Shown here: positions 7,508 through 16,122 of the stretch, piece by piece
How the letters are laid out: every line of letters begins with the position of its first letter
How positions within the stretch are numbered: the stretch's first letter is position 1
Assembly (NCBI GenBank): GCA_965243115.1
Contig: CBDEUD010000003.1
Coordinates: forward strand, 2,392,325 to 2,456,324
From: Gammaproteobacteria bacterium
GTDB taxonomy: Bacteria; Pseudomonadota; Gammaproteobacteria; Eutrophobiales; Eutrophobiaceae
Direction: 5' to 3'
Length of the DNA stretch: 64,000 nucleotides
Notes under the pieces: model-generated
The model's input: only the letters and a program-made list of their open reading frames with translations
Told to the model about the DNA's origin: nothing
Databases searched by the model: none
Program-made: the position numbers and the translations under genes

Positions 7508-10391
7508 ACACGTTCACCTTCTCACCCAGGCGCTTACTGCCGTCCTGCACCAGGCCGAGACCCACGTAACGTTGCAGGTTGGGACTGTAACAGGCCGAAG
7601 TCACGTAACCCTGGGTAGGTGCGGGTGCGCCCGAATGGTTCACATCGATAACATGCGCACCGGCTGTAAGAACGCCTCCTTCTCCCACAGGTGTAAGACC
7701 CACAAATTCAAAACGTCCGTTACTTACGTTGTGAGGGCGGCTCAGGGAACGCTTGCCCAGGAACTCGCCCTGCTTGCCGTCAGCTACATGGCCCCAGCCG
7801 ACGTCCCTGGGCGTGGTGTTGCCATCGGTATCGCTGCCCACGTGCAGGTATCCCTTCTCGGTCCGCAATATCCCCAGGGTTTCGACGCCGATCGGCACCA
7901 CTTGCAGGTCTTCACCGTGTTGCAGCAAGCGCTCCCACAAGGCCGGCCCCCAATCGGCAGGAACGTTCAGTTCATAGCATAGCTCGCCTGTATAGCTGGC
8001 CCTGAGTACGCGTACGGGTATGTCATCCAGCGTACCGGTGGCGATTGCCATGTGGGGTAACCCGTTGCCGCTGAGGTCAATACCGGACTCCAGCCGTTCA
8101 AGCAACTCTCTCGACCGCGGGCCGGATACGGCGATATTCGCCCACTGGCTGGTAACCGGCGTCAGCAATACGTCCAGGTCCGGCCAGTCGCCCTGCAGCA
8201 GGGCCTCCATCCAGGTGTGGATGCGATTCGCCCCGGCGCTGGTGGTATGCACCAGGTAGTGGTCGTCAGCCAGACGGGCAAAAATACCGTCGTCGATGAT
8301 AACGCCGTTTTCGTTCAGCATGAGACCGTAACGGGCCCGGCCGGTTCCCAGCGAGGTGACGTTGTTGATGTAAACGCGGTCCAGGAATTCAGCGGCGCCC
8401 GGTCCGCGCACTTCGATTTTCCCCAGCGGCGACCCGTCAAAGACGGCTACCAAGGTACGGGCGGCCACGGCCTCCCGGGCAATGGCCTGTTGTTCGCTTT
8501 CACCATTGCGCGGGTAAACCCGGGGACGGCGCCAGGTGCCGTAATCTTCAAATTGCGCGCCCAGTTGTTCGTGGCAGGCAAACAGCGGACTGCGCTGCAC
8601 CGGCGCATAGAAATCGCCCCTGTCACGTCCGGCAATAGCGCCCAGGGTTACCGGCATGTAGAAAGGCCGGAAGGTGGTAGTTCCCACCTGGTCAGGGGTC
8701 CTGTCCGTACGCTCCGCCAGGGCCAGCAGGGCATTCACGTTGCTGGTTTTGCCCTGGTCGACGGACATGCCGGTGGTGGTATAGCGTTTCATATGCTCCA
8801 CTGAGGTATAGTTCTCGGCTACTGCAATATCGATATCCCGCAGGGTCACGTCATACTGGAAATCGATCCACTGGCGGTCCGGGCGTTGTTCACACCCGGC
8901 CAGTTCAATATGCAGGGCGCCAGTGCTCTTCGAGCGCGTCCGGGGACGGACTTGAAGTCCGTCCCCAACGGCAGCGAGACCTGCCACCCGGCCCTGTTCC
9001 AGTGCATCGTCCAGGGACAGGACACCGGCTACCATACCCGCTACGTGCACATGGGGAGGGATCTCGTCCGGCACGAACGCACCCAGCGAGACGTCAAAAC
9101 GCAGCCTGCCGCGGGCCTGGGTGAACAGGTGCACCGCCGGTTGCCAGCCTCCGGACATGGCGACACAGTCACACTGCAACGTTGCCAGGGTTTCCCGGCT
9201 GCCCCGCCTGGCAACGGACACGCTGCGCACGCCTTTATCACCCCGGCAATCCAGCGGGACCGCATTGTGAAACACCGTCATGCCCTGATCACGCAATTCC
9301 CGGGCGCCCCTGCCGGCAAGTGACTTACGCGCATCGATCATGGCAACAACGTCAATACCTGAGTCCATGAGTGCGCCAGCTACGCCGTAGGCACTGTCGT
9401 TGTTGGTCGCAATGACGACGCGCTGACCCGGCGCCACTGCGTAGCGCTTGCAGTACTGTTGTACGGCGCCGGCCAGCATGACGCCCGGCCGGTCGTTGTT
9501 GGCGAAGAGCAGCGGCTGCTCGATGGCGCCGGTGGCGAAGATAATCTCGCGCGCATGGATCTTCCACAACCGCTGTCGCGGTCCTTCGCCCTGTCCTGTC
9601 TCACGCCGGTCGCTCAGCGTCTCGGAAGCGATTACCACGCGGTGGTCGAACCAGGCCGAAGCCGTGGTGTTGGTCAACAGGGTAACGTTGTCCCGCTGTT
9701 GCAAAGTACGGGCGGCGCGTTCCAGCCACACCTTCCCCGGTCTGCCATCGATGTCCTCTTCATTCCAGAGCAGGCTGCCGCCCACGTGGCTGTCCTGTTC
9801 AACGACGATAACCCGCGCCGCTTTCCTGCTCGCAGCCAGCGCCGCGCCCAGGCCGGCAGGGCCGCTGCCCACTACCAGGACATCACAATGCGCGTTATGG
9901 TGAACATAGTGATCGGGGTCATGGCCCACAGGCAGTTTGCCCAGTCCCGACAGGCGGCGGATAACCCCCTCGTACCAGTGCCAGTGCGGCCAGATAAAGG
10001 TCTTGTTGTAAAACCCGGCAGGCCAGAGGAAATGCAGGTAATCCAGACTGCGCCCGATATCAAACTTCACACCGGGCCAGCAGTTTTGACTGCGCGCCAC
10101 CAGTCCATCGTACAGAGGCTGCAACGTTGCCCGTACATTGGGTTCTTCCAGAGCGCCCTGTCCCACCGTCACCAGCGCATTGCACTCTTCAGCGCCGGCA
10201 GCAAGAATACCCCGGGGACGATGATACTTGAAACTGCGCCCCACCACGCGTACGCCGTTGGCCAGTAAGGCCGATGCCAGGGTGTCGCCTTTGAAGCCGC
10301 TGTATTGTTTGCCGTCGAAACTGAATGACAACGGCTTGCCACGGTCGATCCTGCCGCCCGTTTCAAACCGCATGGGTTGGGATGCAGTCAT
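7428..10391 (-). CDS. soxA: heterotetrameric sarcosine oxidase alpha subunit (SoxA-like, with C-terminal GcvT-like folate domain)
   Basis: 987 aa. N-terminus GGRIDRGKPLSFSFDGKQYSGFKGDTLASALLANGVRVVGRSFKYHRPRGI is the classical SoxA signature. Rossmann VLVVGSGPAGLGAALAA. C-terminal aminomethyltransferase-like region. Confidence 0.9.
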   Translation of the reverse strand: MTASQPMRFETGGRIDRGKPLSFSFDGKQYSGFKGDTLASALLANGVRVVGRSFKYHRPRGILAAGAEECNALVTVGQGALEEPNVRATLQPLYDGLVARSQNCWPGVKFDIGRSLDYLHFLWPAGFYNKTFIWPHWHWYEGVIRRLSGLGKLPVGHDPDHYVHHNAHCDVLVVGSGPAGLGAALAASRKAARVIVVEQDSHVGGSLLWNEEDIDGRPGKVWLERAARTLQQRDNVTLLTNTTASAWFDHRVVIASETLSDRRETGQGEGPRQRLWKIHAREIIFATGAIEQPLLFANNDRPGVMLAGAVQQYCKRYAVAPGQRVVIATNNDSAYGVAGALMDSGIDVVAMIDARKSLAGRGARELRDQGMTVFHNAVPLDCRGDKGVRSVSVARRGSRETLATLQCDCVAMSGGWQPAVHLFTQARGRLRFDVSLGAFVPDEIPPHVHVAGMVAGVLSLDDALEQGRVAGLAAVGDGLQVRPRTRSKSTGALHIELAGCEQRPDRQWIDFQYDVTLRDIDIAVAENYTSVEHMKRYTTTGMSVDQGKTSNVNALLALAERTDRTPDQVGTTTFRPFYMPVTLGAIAGRDRGDFYAPVQRSPLFACHEQLGAQFEDYGTWRRPRVYPRNGESEQQAIAREAVAARTLVAVFDGSPLGKIEVRGPGAAEFLDRVYINNVTSLGTGRARYGLMLNENGVIIDDGIFARLADDHYLVHTTSAGANRIHTWMEALLQGDWPDLDVLLTPVTSQWANIAVSGPRSRELLERLESGIDLSGNGLPHMAIATGTLDDIPVRVLRASYTGELCYELNVPADWGPALWERLLQHGEDLQVVPIGVETLGILRTEKGYLHVGSDTDGNTTPRDVGWGHVADGKQGEFLGKRSLSRPHNVSNGRFEFVGLTPVGEGGVLTAGAHVIDVNHSGAPAPTQGYVTSACYSPNLQRYVGLGLVQDGSKRLGEKVNVYDNGQVHPAQLSTPVAWDPEGDRLHA

Positions 10392-10705
10392 ACCGTTTCT
10401 TCCCGGTCCATATCCGGGGCCGCCTTATCGAGACGATACACGGCGAGAATCTCGTGGGTTACCGTATGACGGGCAACATTGAACCACTGCCGGCACCCGT
10501 AACGGTGCTGCCAGCGTTCGAAGTGGACCCCCTTGGGATTATCACGGTAAAACAGGTATTCGGCCCATTCCCGGTCCGACACCTGCTCTGCCGGTTCGGG
10601 CCGGGCTATATGGGCCTGCCCGCCGGAGACAAACTCGTTTTCATCACGTTCACCACAGAAAGGGCAGGAGATCCGGAACATGGCGATCCTTCTAGTGAGC
10701 CACAC
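10388..10705 (-). CDS. soxD: sarcosine oxidase delta subunit (SoxD-like)
   Basis: MFRISCPFCGERDENEFVSGGQAHIARPEP matches the SoxD family. ~97 aa counted from MFRISC. Sits between soxB and soxA. Confidence 0.8.
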   Translation of the reverse strand: MWLTRRIAMFRISCPFCGERDENEFVSGGQAHIARPEPAEQVSDREWAEYLFYRDNPKGVHFERWQHRYGCRQWFNVARHTVTHEILAVYRLDKAAPDMDREETV

Positions 10706-11936
10706 CCGCCGCGGCCGATTCGTCCACCAGGGCGCCGCTTTCGAAACGTTCCAGGGAGAAAGGTTTGATCAGCGCATGGGGCTGGTCCTTGACAATGGTA
10801 GAAGCCATGGTATCGCCGCTCGCCGGGATGGCCTTGTAACCGCCGGTGCCCCAGCCGCAGTTGATATACAGGTTCTGCACCGGCGTCCTGCCCATGATGG
10901 GACTGGTATCGGGCGAGATATCCACGATGCCGGCCCACTGGCGCATGAGCTTTAACCGGCTGAAACGTGGATACAGGGTCAGGAACGCCGCCACGCAGGA
11001 TTCGATGTTATCGTAACTGCCGCGCTGGGCATAGGAATTGTACACGTCGGCGCCAGCGCCCAGGACGATCTCGCCGCGGTCCGACTGGCTCGCATACATG
11101 TGTATGGCGCCGGACACGGTCACCAGATTAAGCGCCGGTTTAATCGGCTCCGATACCATGGCCTGCAGCGCCATGCTGGTGAGCGGCAGGCGGAAACCCG
11201 CCATCTTCGCCAGTACGCTGGTGTGGCCGGCGACGGTGATATGCACTTTTTCCGCGGAAATATCTCCCAGCGAGGTTTGTACCCCGGTAACCATGCCGTG
11301 GCTGATGTTAAAGCCTGTCACGGTACAGTTCTGGATGATATCCACTCCCAGGGCATCGGCGGCGCGGGCATAACCCCAGTTGACCGCATCATGGCGCGAG
11401 ATGCCGCCGCGCCATTGGATAAATCCACCGGCTACGGGAAAGCGCGCATTGATGTCAATGAGCGGTTCAAGTTCTTTGATTTGCTGCGCTGTCAGCATCT
11501 CGGAATCTATACCGTTAAGCTGGATGGCATTGGTCCAGCGCTTCAGCATCTCCATGTCATGATCGCTATGGGCAAGATTCAGCACCCCGCGCTGGCTGAA
11601 CATCACGTTGATATTGAGATCGCGGCTCATGCTTTCGTATAACTTCAGGGAGTGCTCGAAGAACGCGGCGCTCTCGGGATAGAAATAATTGGAACGGGTA
11701 ACCTGGGTATTGCGGCCGCTGTTGCCGCCGCCTATCCAACCGCGTTCCAGCACTGCCACATTAGTAACACCATGCTTTTTTGCCAGGTAATAGGCCGTGG
11801 CAAGACCATGCCCTCCCCCGCCGATAACGACCACGTCATAGGATTTCTTCGGTTCCGGCGAACGCCAGACCGGCTGCCAGCGTTTATGCCCTCTCAGCGC
11901 ATGGTAGAGGATTTTGGCAAAAGAATACTTCTCCAC
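10692..11936 (-). CDS. soxB: sarcosine oxidase beta subunit (SoxB-like FAD flavoprotein)
   Basis: VVVIGGGGHGLATAYYLAKKHGVTNVAVLERGWIGGGNSGRNT is the dinucleotide-binding motif of SoxB/DAO-family proteins. 414 aa. Confidence 0.9.
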   Translation of the reverse strand: MEKYSFAKILYHALRGHKRWQPVWRSPEPKKSYDVVVIGGGGHGLATAYYLAKKHGVTNVAVLERGWIGGGNSGRNTQVTRSNYFYPESAAFFEHSLKLYESMSRDLNINVMFSQRGVLNLAHSDHDMEMLKRWTNAIQLNGIDSEMLTAQQIKELEPLIDINARFPVAGGFIQWRGGISRHDAVNWGYARAADALGVDIIQNCTVTGFNISHGMVTGVQTSLGDISAEKVHITVAGHTSVLAKMAGFRLPLTSMALQAMVSEPIKPALNLVTVSGAIHMYASQSDRGEIVLGAGADVYNSYAQRGSYDNIESCVAAFLTLYPRFSRLKLMRQWAGIVDISPDTSPIMGRTPVQNLYINCGWGTGGYKAIPASGDTMASTIVKDQPHALIKPFSLERFESGALVDESAAAGVAH

Positions 11937-11980
11937 GACTGGTACCTGATGGTCTTAGAATAATATGTTACGGAATCCGG

Positions 11981-13126
11981 TTATTCCATCTCGTTGACAA
12001 CGATATTCTCCCCCGTGTTGCGCAACAACTCAATCCACCTGTCAACGTGTTCCCTGTCCGAGGGAACAGGCGTTATGCCGGTTTCGACTTCGCCGTTCAG
12101 TATGGCCTCGACTACCAGAGAAACCGGGACTGAAACGAGTCTTGCCATGGCAGACCCCCGTTCATCACCGGTGCTGTCCAGGAGATATTGCCGGGCCCAT
12201 ACCTGCCTGCCCGTTTTGTCCCTGGCGCTTAACTCCACACTCAGTACGACCCGGTCCGGTTCCCCTTCGGCATACTGGTGTTGCCGCCATAACTCTTCAC
12301 TCAACCCGGCAAGGCGTTGCTCACCGGCTGCCCCGGTTGCGTTCTCCACCGTGCGGAAAATATCCTCCCAGGCCTTTGCCCAACCCTCAAGCCGCAGTGT
12401 GCCGCGTACGAAGTGTTCAATCGTCCAGTTACTTTCAATCCCGTATTGCCTGATGAACGGCAACGAATCCCGGTTGGGGAAAGCCTCAAAACGTTCTCCG
12501 TTGACCAGGAAAGCATCGATTTCCCTGTAAGGCGTCCCGGTGTTGCGTTCCTCACCCCGGGCAATCCAGCGGGCCGGTGTATTGAGTGCCTTCAGCACAC
12601 CCAGCGGAGACCAGGAAAACTTGTAGGTGAATTCATCCGCCTCAAGCGGAAAACCGCCGCAGTAAGAATGAAATGAGATGATGTTCCCAGGGTCAAATAC
12701 ACCGCTACGCCGGTAGCTGTCCAGCAGTGCATGGGCGAACAGGTGGTCCAGTCCCGGGTCAAGGCCGCACTCATTGACGAAGCATAATTGTTTTGCCCTG
12801 GCTTGCGCATCAAGCATTGCCATCTCTTCAGAAATGTAACTCGAAGTAACAAAGTGCGCACCGGTTTCCAGGCAAAGTCCTGCCGCACGCAGGTGCATGG
12901 GTGCGGGCAACATGGATACCACTACATCACCCGGCTTGACTCTCGATGCCAGCAGCGTCCAATCAAATTCCCTGGCAGCGGTATCAGCGGAGCGTATGCC
13001 TGCAAACGCGGTCTGTGCTTTCGCCAGGGTCCTGTTCCATACGGTGATCGGATAATCCGACAGCGCCAACCTGCGTATACCCGGCACAGATGACAGGCCT
13101 GCTCCAAGCCAGTGAACGTGGTGCAT
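11981..13126 (-). CDS. saccharopine dehydrogenase family oxidoreductase, LYS9-like (saccharopine reductase type)
   Basis: Blocks VTSSYIS, NECGLDPGLDHL, SYCGGFP, YKFSWSPLGVL, FPNRDS and RGTLRLEGW align with yeast Lys9 blocks VTSSYIS, MNEIGLDPGIDHL, SYCGGLP, YKFSWSSRGVL, YPNRDS and RGTLRYQGF (from recall). Confidence 0.8.
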   Translation of the reverse strand: MHHVHWLGAGLSSVPGIRRLALSDYPITVWNRTLAKAQTAFAGIRSADTAAREFDWTLLASRVKPGDVVVSMLPAPMHLRAAGLCLETGAHFVTSSYISEEMAMLDAQARAKQLCFVNECGLDPGLDHLFAHALLDSYRRSGVFDPGNIISFHSYCGGFPLEADEFTYKFSWSPLGVLKALNTPARWIARGEERNTGTPYREIDAFLVNGERFEAFPNRDSLPFIRQYGIESNWTIEHFVRGTLRLEGWAKAWEDIFRTVENATGAAGEQRLAGLSEELWRQHQYAEGEPDRVVLSVELSARDKTGRQVWARQYLLDSTGDERGSAMARLVSVPVSLVVEAILNGEVETGITPVPSDREHVDRWIELLRNTGENIVVNEME

Positions 13127-13141
13127 GTTTCTATCCCATCC

Positions 13142-14200
13142 CTAACCTGTTTCTGTTAATCGGGCTTGCGCCTTTTTATCTTCATAGAACTCCAGCGCCC
13201 GTTGCCAGGTCTTGCCGTCTGGTAATTCCAGCAATGCGCCCAACAGTTGCGCGGAAAAATCTTCACTGCTTTCCTTTGGCAACATCGAAGGCAAATGGTC
13301 TATGGCTATCAGGTCCAGGACGGGTTTGTCTCTGAGGCGTAGCGCCGGCCTTACGAATGTTGTGCAGTCAGTATAAACCGGTAGCGGGTTATAGACACTG
13401 TACGGGTCGCAACTGACGTCGACTACACTGGTGAGCAAGCGCTCTTTCTCCAGCAGGTCATTGGTTATAAACGGTCGGGTGTCTGATTGAAGCAGTACGC
13501 AGTTTATCAGCATATCGTGCTCAAGTATTTCAACAAACGGGCCTCCTTCTACCGTTTCTTCCAGGTCCCACAAGGTAGTTTCCAAACCCAGGCTGTGGCA
13601 GAAGTCCGTAGCGCCGCGACCGGAGCGCCCTTTGGCTCCGACGATTATGACCCGAGGATACATGCCGGACTTCTTCAGCAAATCAGATGCTTCTACCAGC
13701 AGTTGATTCTTGTCGGGATAACTGCGGACAGGTTGCAGCTTCCCAGGTTGCGCCAGCCGGTTCATTACACCCAGGGCGGCACCTGCAAAACCCGCCCAGT
13801 AACCGAATGCGGCGATGCGCCTGCCGTTTTCGTCCAGCAGGTATTCCAGGTCGAGCAACTGCCCGCCATCTTCGGCAAACCTGCACAGCAAAGCCGTCCA
13901 GCCCGTTTGCTGCTTGTAGGCGTGGCCGAAATAGATATGCCTGTGACACAGTGCGGGTAATGGCTCCGGCAATTCCTTGAGGCCGAGAACATAACAGTCT
14001 AGCGGGGCATCCGGCCAGGAAGCGGCCGGAACGATACGGCAACCCGCCTGCCGGTATTGCCGGGTATCGAACACCCGGTTACCGCACTCTTCAACGGACA
14101 CGCTAAAGCCTGCTGCAATCAGTTCCCCCGCCGCGGCAGGGGCCAGCGCAACCCTGCGTTCGAACGGCTTGGATTCGGCGCGCAGCCATAAATGGGGCAT
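13142..14200 (-). CDS. saccharopine dehydrogenase (L-lysine-forming) / LYS1-like, AlaDH-PNT family
   Basis: HLWLRAESKPFERRVALAPAAAGELIAAGFSVSVEE aligns with yeast Lys1 HLRAETKPLEARAALTP..LIAKGF.IYVED. Further matches: LGLKELPE, DLEYLLDENGRRIAAFGYWAGFAGAALGV, IIVGAKGRSGRGA, IDHLPSMLPKESSE. Confidence 0.8.
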   Translation of the reverse strand: MPHLWLRAESKPFERRVALAPAAAGELIAAGFSVSVEECGNRVFDTRQYRQAGCRIVPAASWPDAPLDCYVLGLKELPEPLPALCHRHIYFGHAYKQQTGWTALLCRFAEDGGQLLDLEYLLDENGRRIAAFGYWAGFAGAALGVMNRLAQPGKLQPVRSYPDKNQLLVEASDLLKKSGMYPRVIIVGAKGRSGRGATDFCHSLGLETTLWDLEETVEGGPFVEILEHDMLINCVLLQSDTRPFITNDLLEKERLLTSVVDVSCDPYSVYNPLPVYTDCTTFVRPALRLRDKPVLDLIAIDHLPSMLPKESSEDFSAQLLGALLELPDGKTWQRALEFYEDKKAQARLTETG

Positions 14201-14261
14201 GATTTACGCGGTGGGCTTGAAATCTCGGATTAAGTCAGGATTTCCTTTATCTCATGCGCTA

Positions 14262-14558
14262 CTAATTTGCTGCCTGTACGTGTAATTTAACTCCCAGGGC
14301 CTTGATGATCTTTATCACTGTCGTAAAGGACGGATTGCCCTCCGATGACAACGCCTTGTATAACCCTTGCCGTGTCATCCCGGTGCTTTCTGCCAACCTG
14401 CCCATGCCTTTTGCACGGGCAATATTATTCAACGCGGTACGGATCAGGGCGCCATCACCGGTGTCCTCTTCCATGCATGCATCCAGGTACAAGGCCATGT
14501 CTTCTTCAGTATGAAGATAATCAGTAACATCATACGGGGTCAGTTTTACTTCAGCCAT
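14262..14558 (-). CDS. addiction-module antidote protein (HigA/XRE-like, TIGR02684-type antitoxin)
   Basis: 98 aa. MAEVKLTPYDVTDYLHTEEDMALYLDACMEE...ALNNIARAKGMGRLAESTGMTRQGLYKALSSEGNPSFTTVIKIIKALG is the typical sequence of this antidote family. It overlaps the stop of the upstream toxin ORF. Confidence 0.8.
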   Translation of the reverse strand: MAEVKLTPYDVTDYLHTEEDMALYLDACMEEDTGDGALIRTALNNIARAKGMGRLAESTGMTRQGLYKALSSEGNPSFTTVIKIIKALGVKLHVQAAN

Positions 14559-14737
14559 CTACGTACCTCCCCGGCTATTTCAAGAGCCTGTTCAATAACA
14601 CCTTTACCTACCGCTCGGCAATCACCCAGGTTACCTTGTTGAACATTTTCCAGACGCGCCGCGATTTTCGCTTTTGCTTGCCTGTCCCGCAATCCTCTGA
14701 GCCATTTGCCAAAGACTTCCGTTGTCTGAACCAACAT
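14546..14737 (-). CDS. addiction-module killer protein (RelE/ParE-superfamily, TIGR02683-like), apparently internally deleted
   Basis: N-terminus MLVQTTEVFGKWLRGLRDRQAKAKIAARLENVQQGNLGDCRAVGKGV matches the family, but the protein is only 63 aa. The conserved SELRIDYGPGYRVYF...GGDKSTQ core is missing. Confidence 0.55.
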   Translation of the reverse strand: MLVQTTEVFGKWLRGLRDRQAKAKIAARLENVQQGNLGDCRAVGKGVIEQALEIAGEVRRWLK

Positions 14738-14747
14738 GGCGATATAG

Positions 14748-14763
14748 TAAACTATAGTTTACA
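14748..14763. promoter_or_regulatory. perfect 16-bp palindrome GTAAACTATAGTTTAC, candidate TA-module operator
   Basis: Self-complementary 16-mer 11 bp upstream of the toxin start codon. Autoregulatory operators at this position are typical for type II TA operons. Confidence 0.5.
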
Positions 14764-14814
14764 CTAATGTCAATGCTTTTATGCTGGCAACATGTTTCCC
14801 TGGCACATTCGCAA

Positions 14815-16122
14815 TCAATTCGTCGGCCAACTGAACACCCTCACCGCGCCTTCGGAAACGTCGAGTTCGCACTTCACCATCTCTCCTTTGCGGATGATGG
14901 CCGGCAGCGCCGCACCGTCCCGTTCCAGCAGGGAAATGTCTTCCAGGGGATTGCCGTCCACAACCAGCAGGTCGGCAAACGCCCCTTCCCTGATACAACC
15001 GAGCCTGTCGGGTTCCATCAGGATCTCGGCGTTGACTGCCGTGGCCTGGTGAAGGATCTCAAATGGCGTGAAGACTTGTTTCCTGATAGCAAATTCCGTG
15101 CATTGCCGTACATGTTGCGCGCCCAGCAGGTCCGTACCCAGGCCCATTTTCACACCGGCAGCGCGCATGGTTTCCAGACCATCCATAGCCTGGGCGTAAA
15201 CAAGCTTGACTTTTTCCTGGCCAGCTGGCGGCAGACCATACTTGGCGCCTTCTTCATGAAGTGCGAACAGTACTGCAAAAGTGGGAACGACGTAGGCATT
15301 CCGGCCGGCCACATAGTCCGCGGTTTCCTTGTCAATCAGGGTCGCATGCTCGATACAGCGCACCCCGAACTCCACACAACGCCTGACCGCTTCGGTCGGG
15401 TGGCAATGGGCTGACACGTAGGTTTCCTGACGTGCGCATTCATCCACCGCAGCGCGAATCTCTTCTTCGGTAAACTGTGTGTGGTGCAGTGGATCATTGG
15501 GACTGACTACACCACCAGACCCCATTATCTTTATGCAATGGGAGCCCTTTCTCAATTCGTCGCGTACTGCGCGCCGCATTTCATAAGGATCATCGACAAT
15601 GCGCGTCAGTTTGGTCGAATAGTTGCCACAGGTACAAAGTTGATCCGATGGATCCACTTCCCAGCCCGGGCGCATATCGCCGTGCCCCCCGGTTTGCGAC
15701 ATGATTTTTCCTGCGTAATAAAAACGCGGGGCACGCACCAGTCCATGGTCGATAGCGCGGGAGATTCCGACGTCACCGCCCCCAATATCGCGTATCGTTG
15801 TAAATCCCCGAGCCAGGGTCGCATTGAGAAACACATTGGCATACTGGGCAATATACGTCTCCGGCATCCTGGATAGCGCCGTCGTATCCAGGGTGGGGAT
15901 ACATACATGGATATGATTATCTATCAGACCGGGTATCACGGTGCGACCCCCGGCATCGACCACGTGATCGCTCCGGCTGCCTGTCTCGCTCGTGGAGATT
16001 TCTTTGATCTCGCCATCCGCCAGCAAGATGTTGGAACGGTCCGACAGTTCCGGGCTATGTCCGTCAAATATATGCGCATTTTTTATAAGTATCGATTCAC
16101 TGGTCATCTCTGTCATTCTCAT
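14815..16122 (-). CDS. amidohydrolase-family metal-dependent hydrolase
   Basis: IPGLIDNHIHV metal-binding HxH motif near the N-terminus, 435 aa, with further His/Asp positions. The start overlaps the upstream gene by 4 bp (ATGA). Confidence 0.8.
   Translation of the reverse strand: MRMTEMTSESILIKNAHIFDGHSPELSDRSNILLADGEIKEISTSETGSRSDHVVDAGGRTVIPGLIDNHIHVCIPTLDTTALSRMPETYIAQYANVFLNATLARGFTTIRDIGGGDVGISRAIDHGLVRAPRFYYAGKIMSQTGGHGDMRPGWEVDPSDQLCTCGNYSTKLTRIVDDPYEMRRAVRDELRKGSHCIKIMGSGGVVSPNDPLHHTQFTEEEIRAAVDECARQETYVSAHCHPTEAVRRCVEFGVRCIEHATLIDKETADYVAGRNAYVVPTFAVLFALHEEGAKYGLPPAGQEKVKLVYAQAMDGLETMRAAGVKMGLGTDLLGAQHVRQCTEFAIRKQVFTPFEILHQATAVNAEILMEPDRLGCIREGAFADLLVVDGNPLEDISLLERDGAALPAIIRKGEMVKCELDVSEGAVRVFSWPTN

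Noticed and set aside
7161-10268. Long plus-strand ORFs (273, 195, 145, 151 and 269 aa) antisense to soxA and soxG
   Set aside because: They lie entirely inside the well-supported soxA/soxG coding region on the opposite strand. High-GC DNA generates long stop-free antisense frames, and none has a recognisable motif or RBS.
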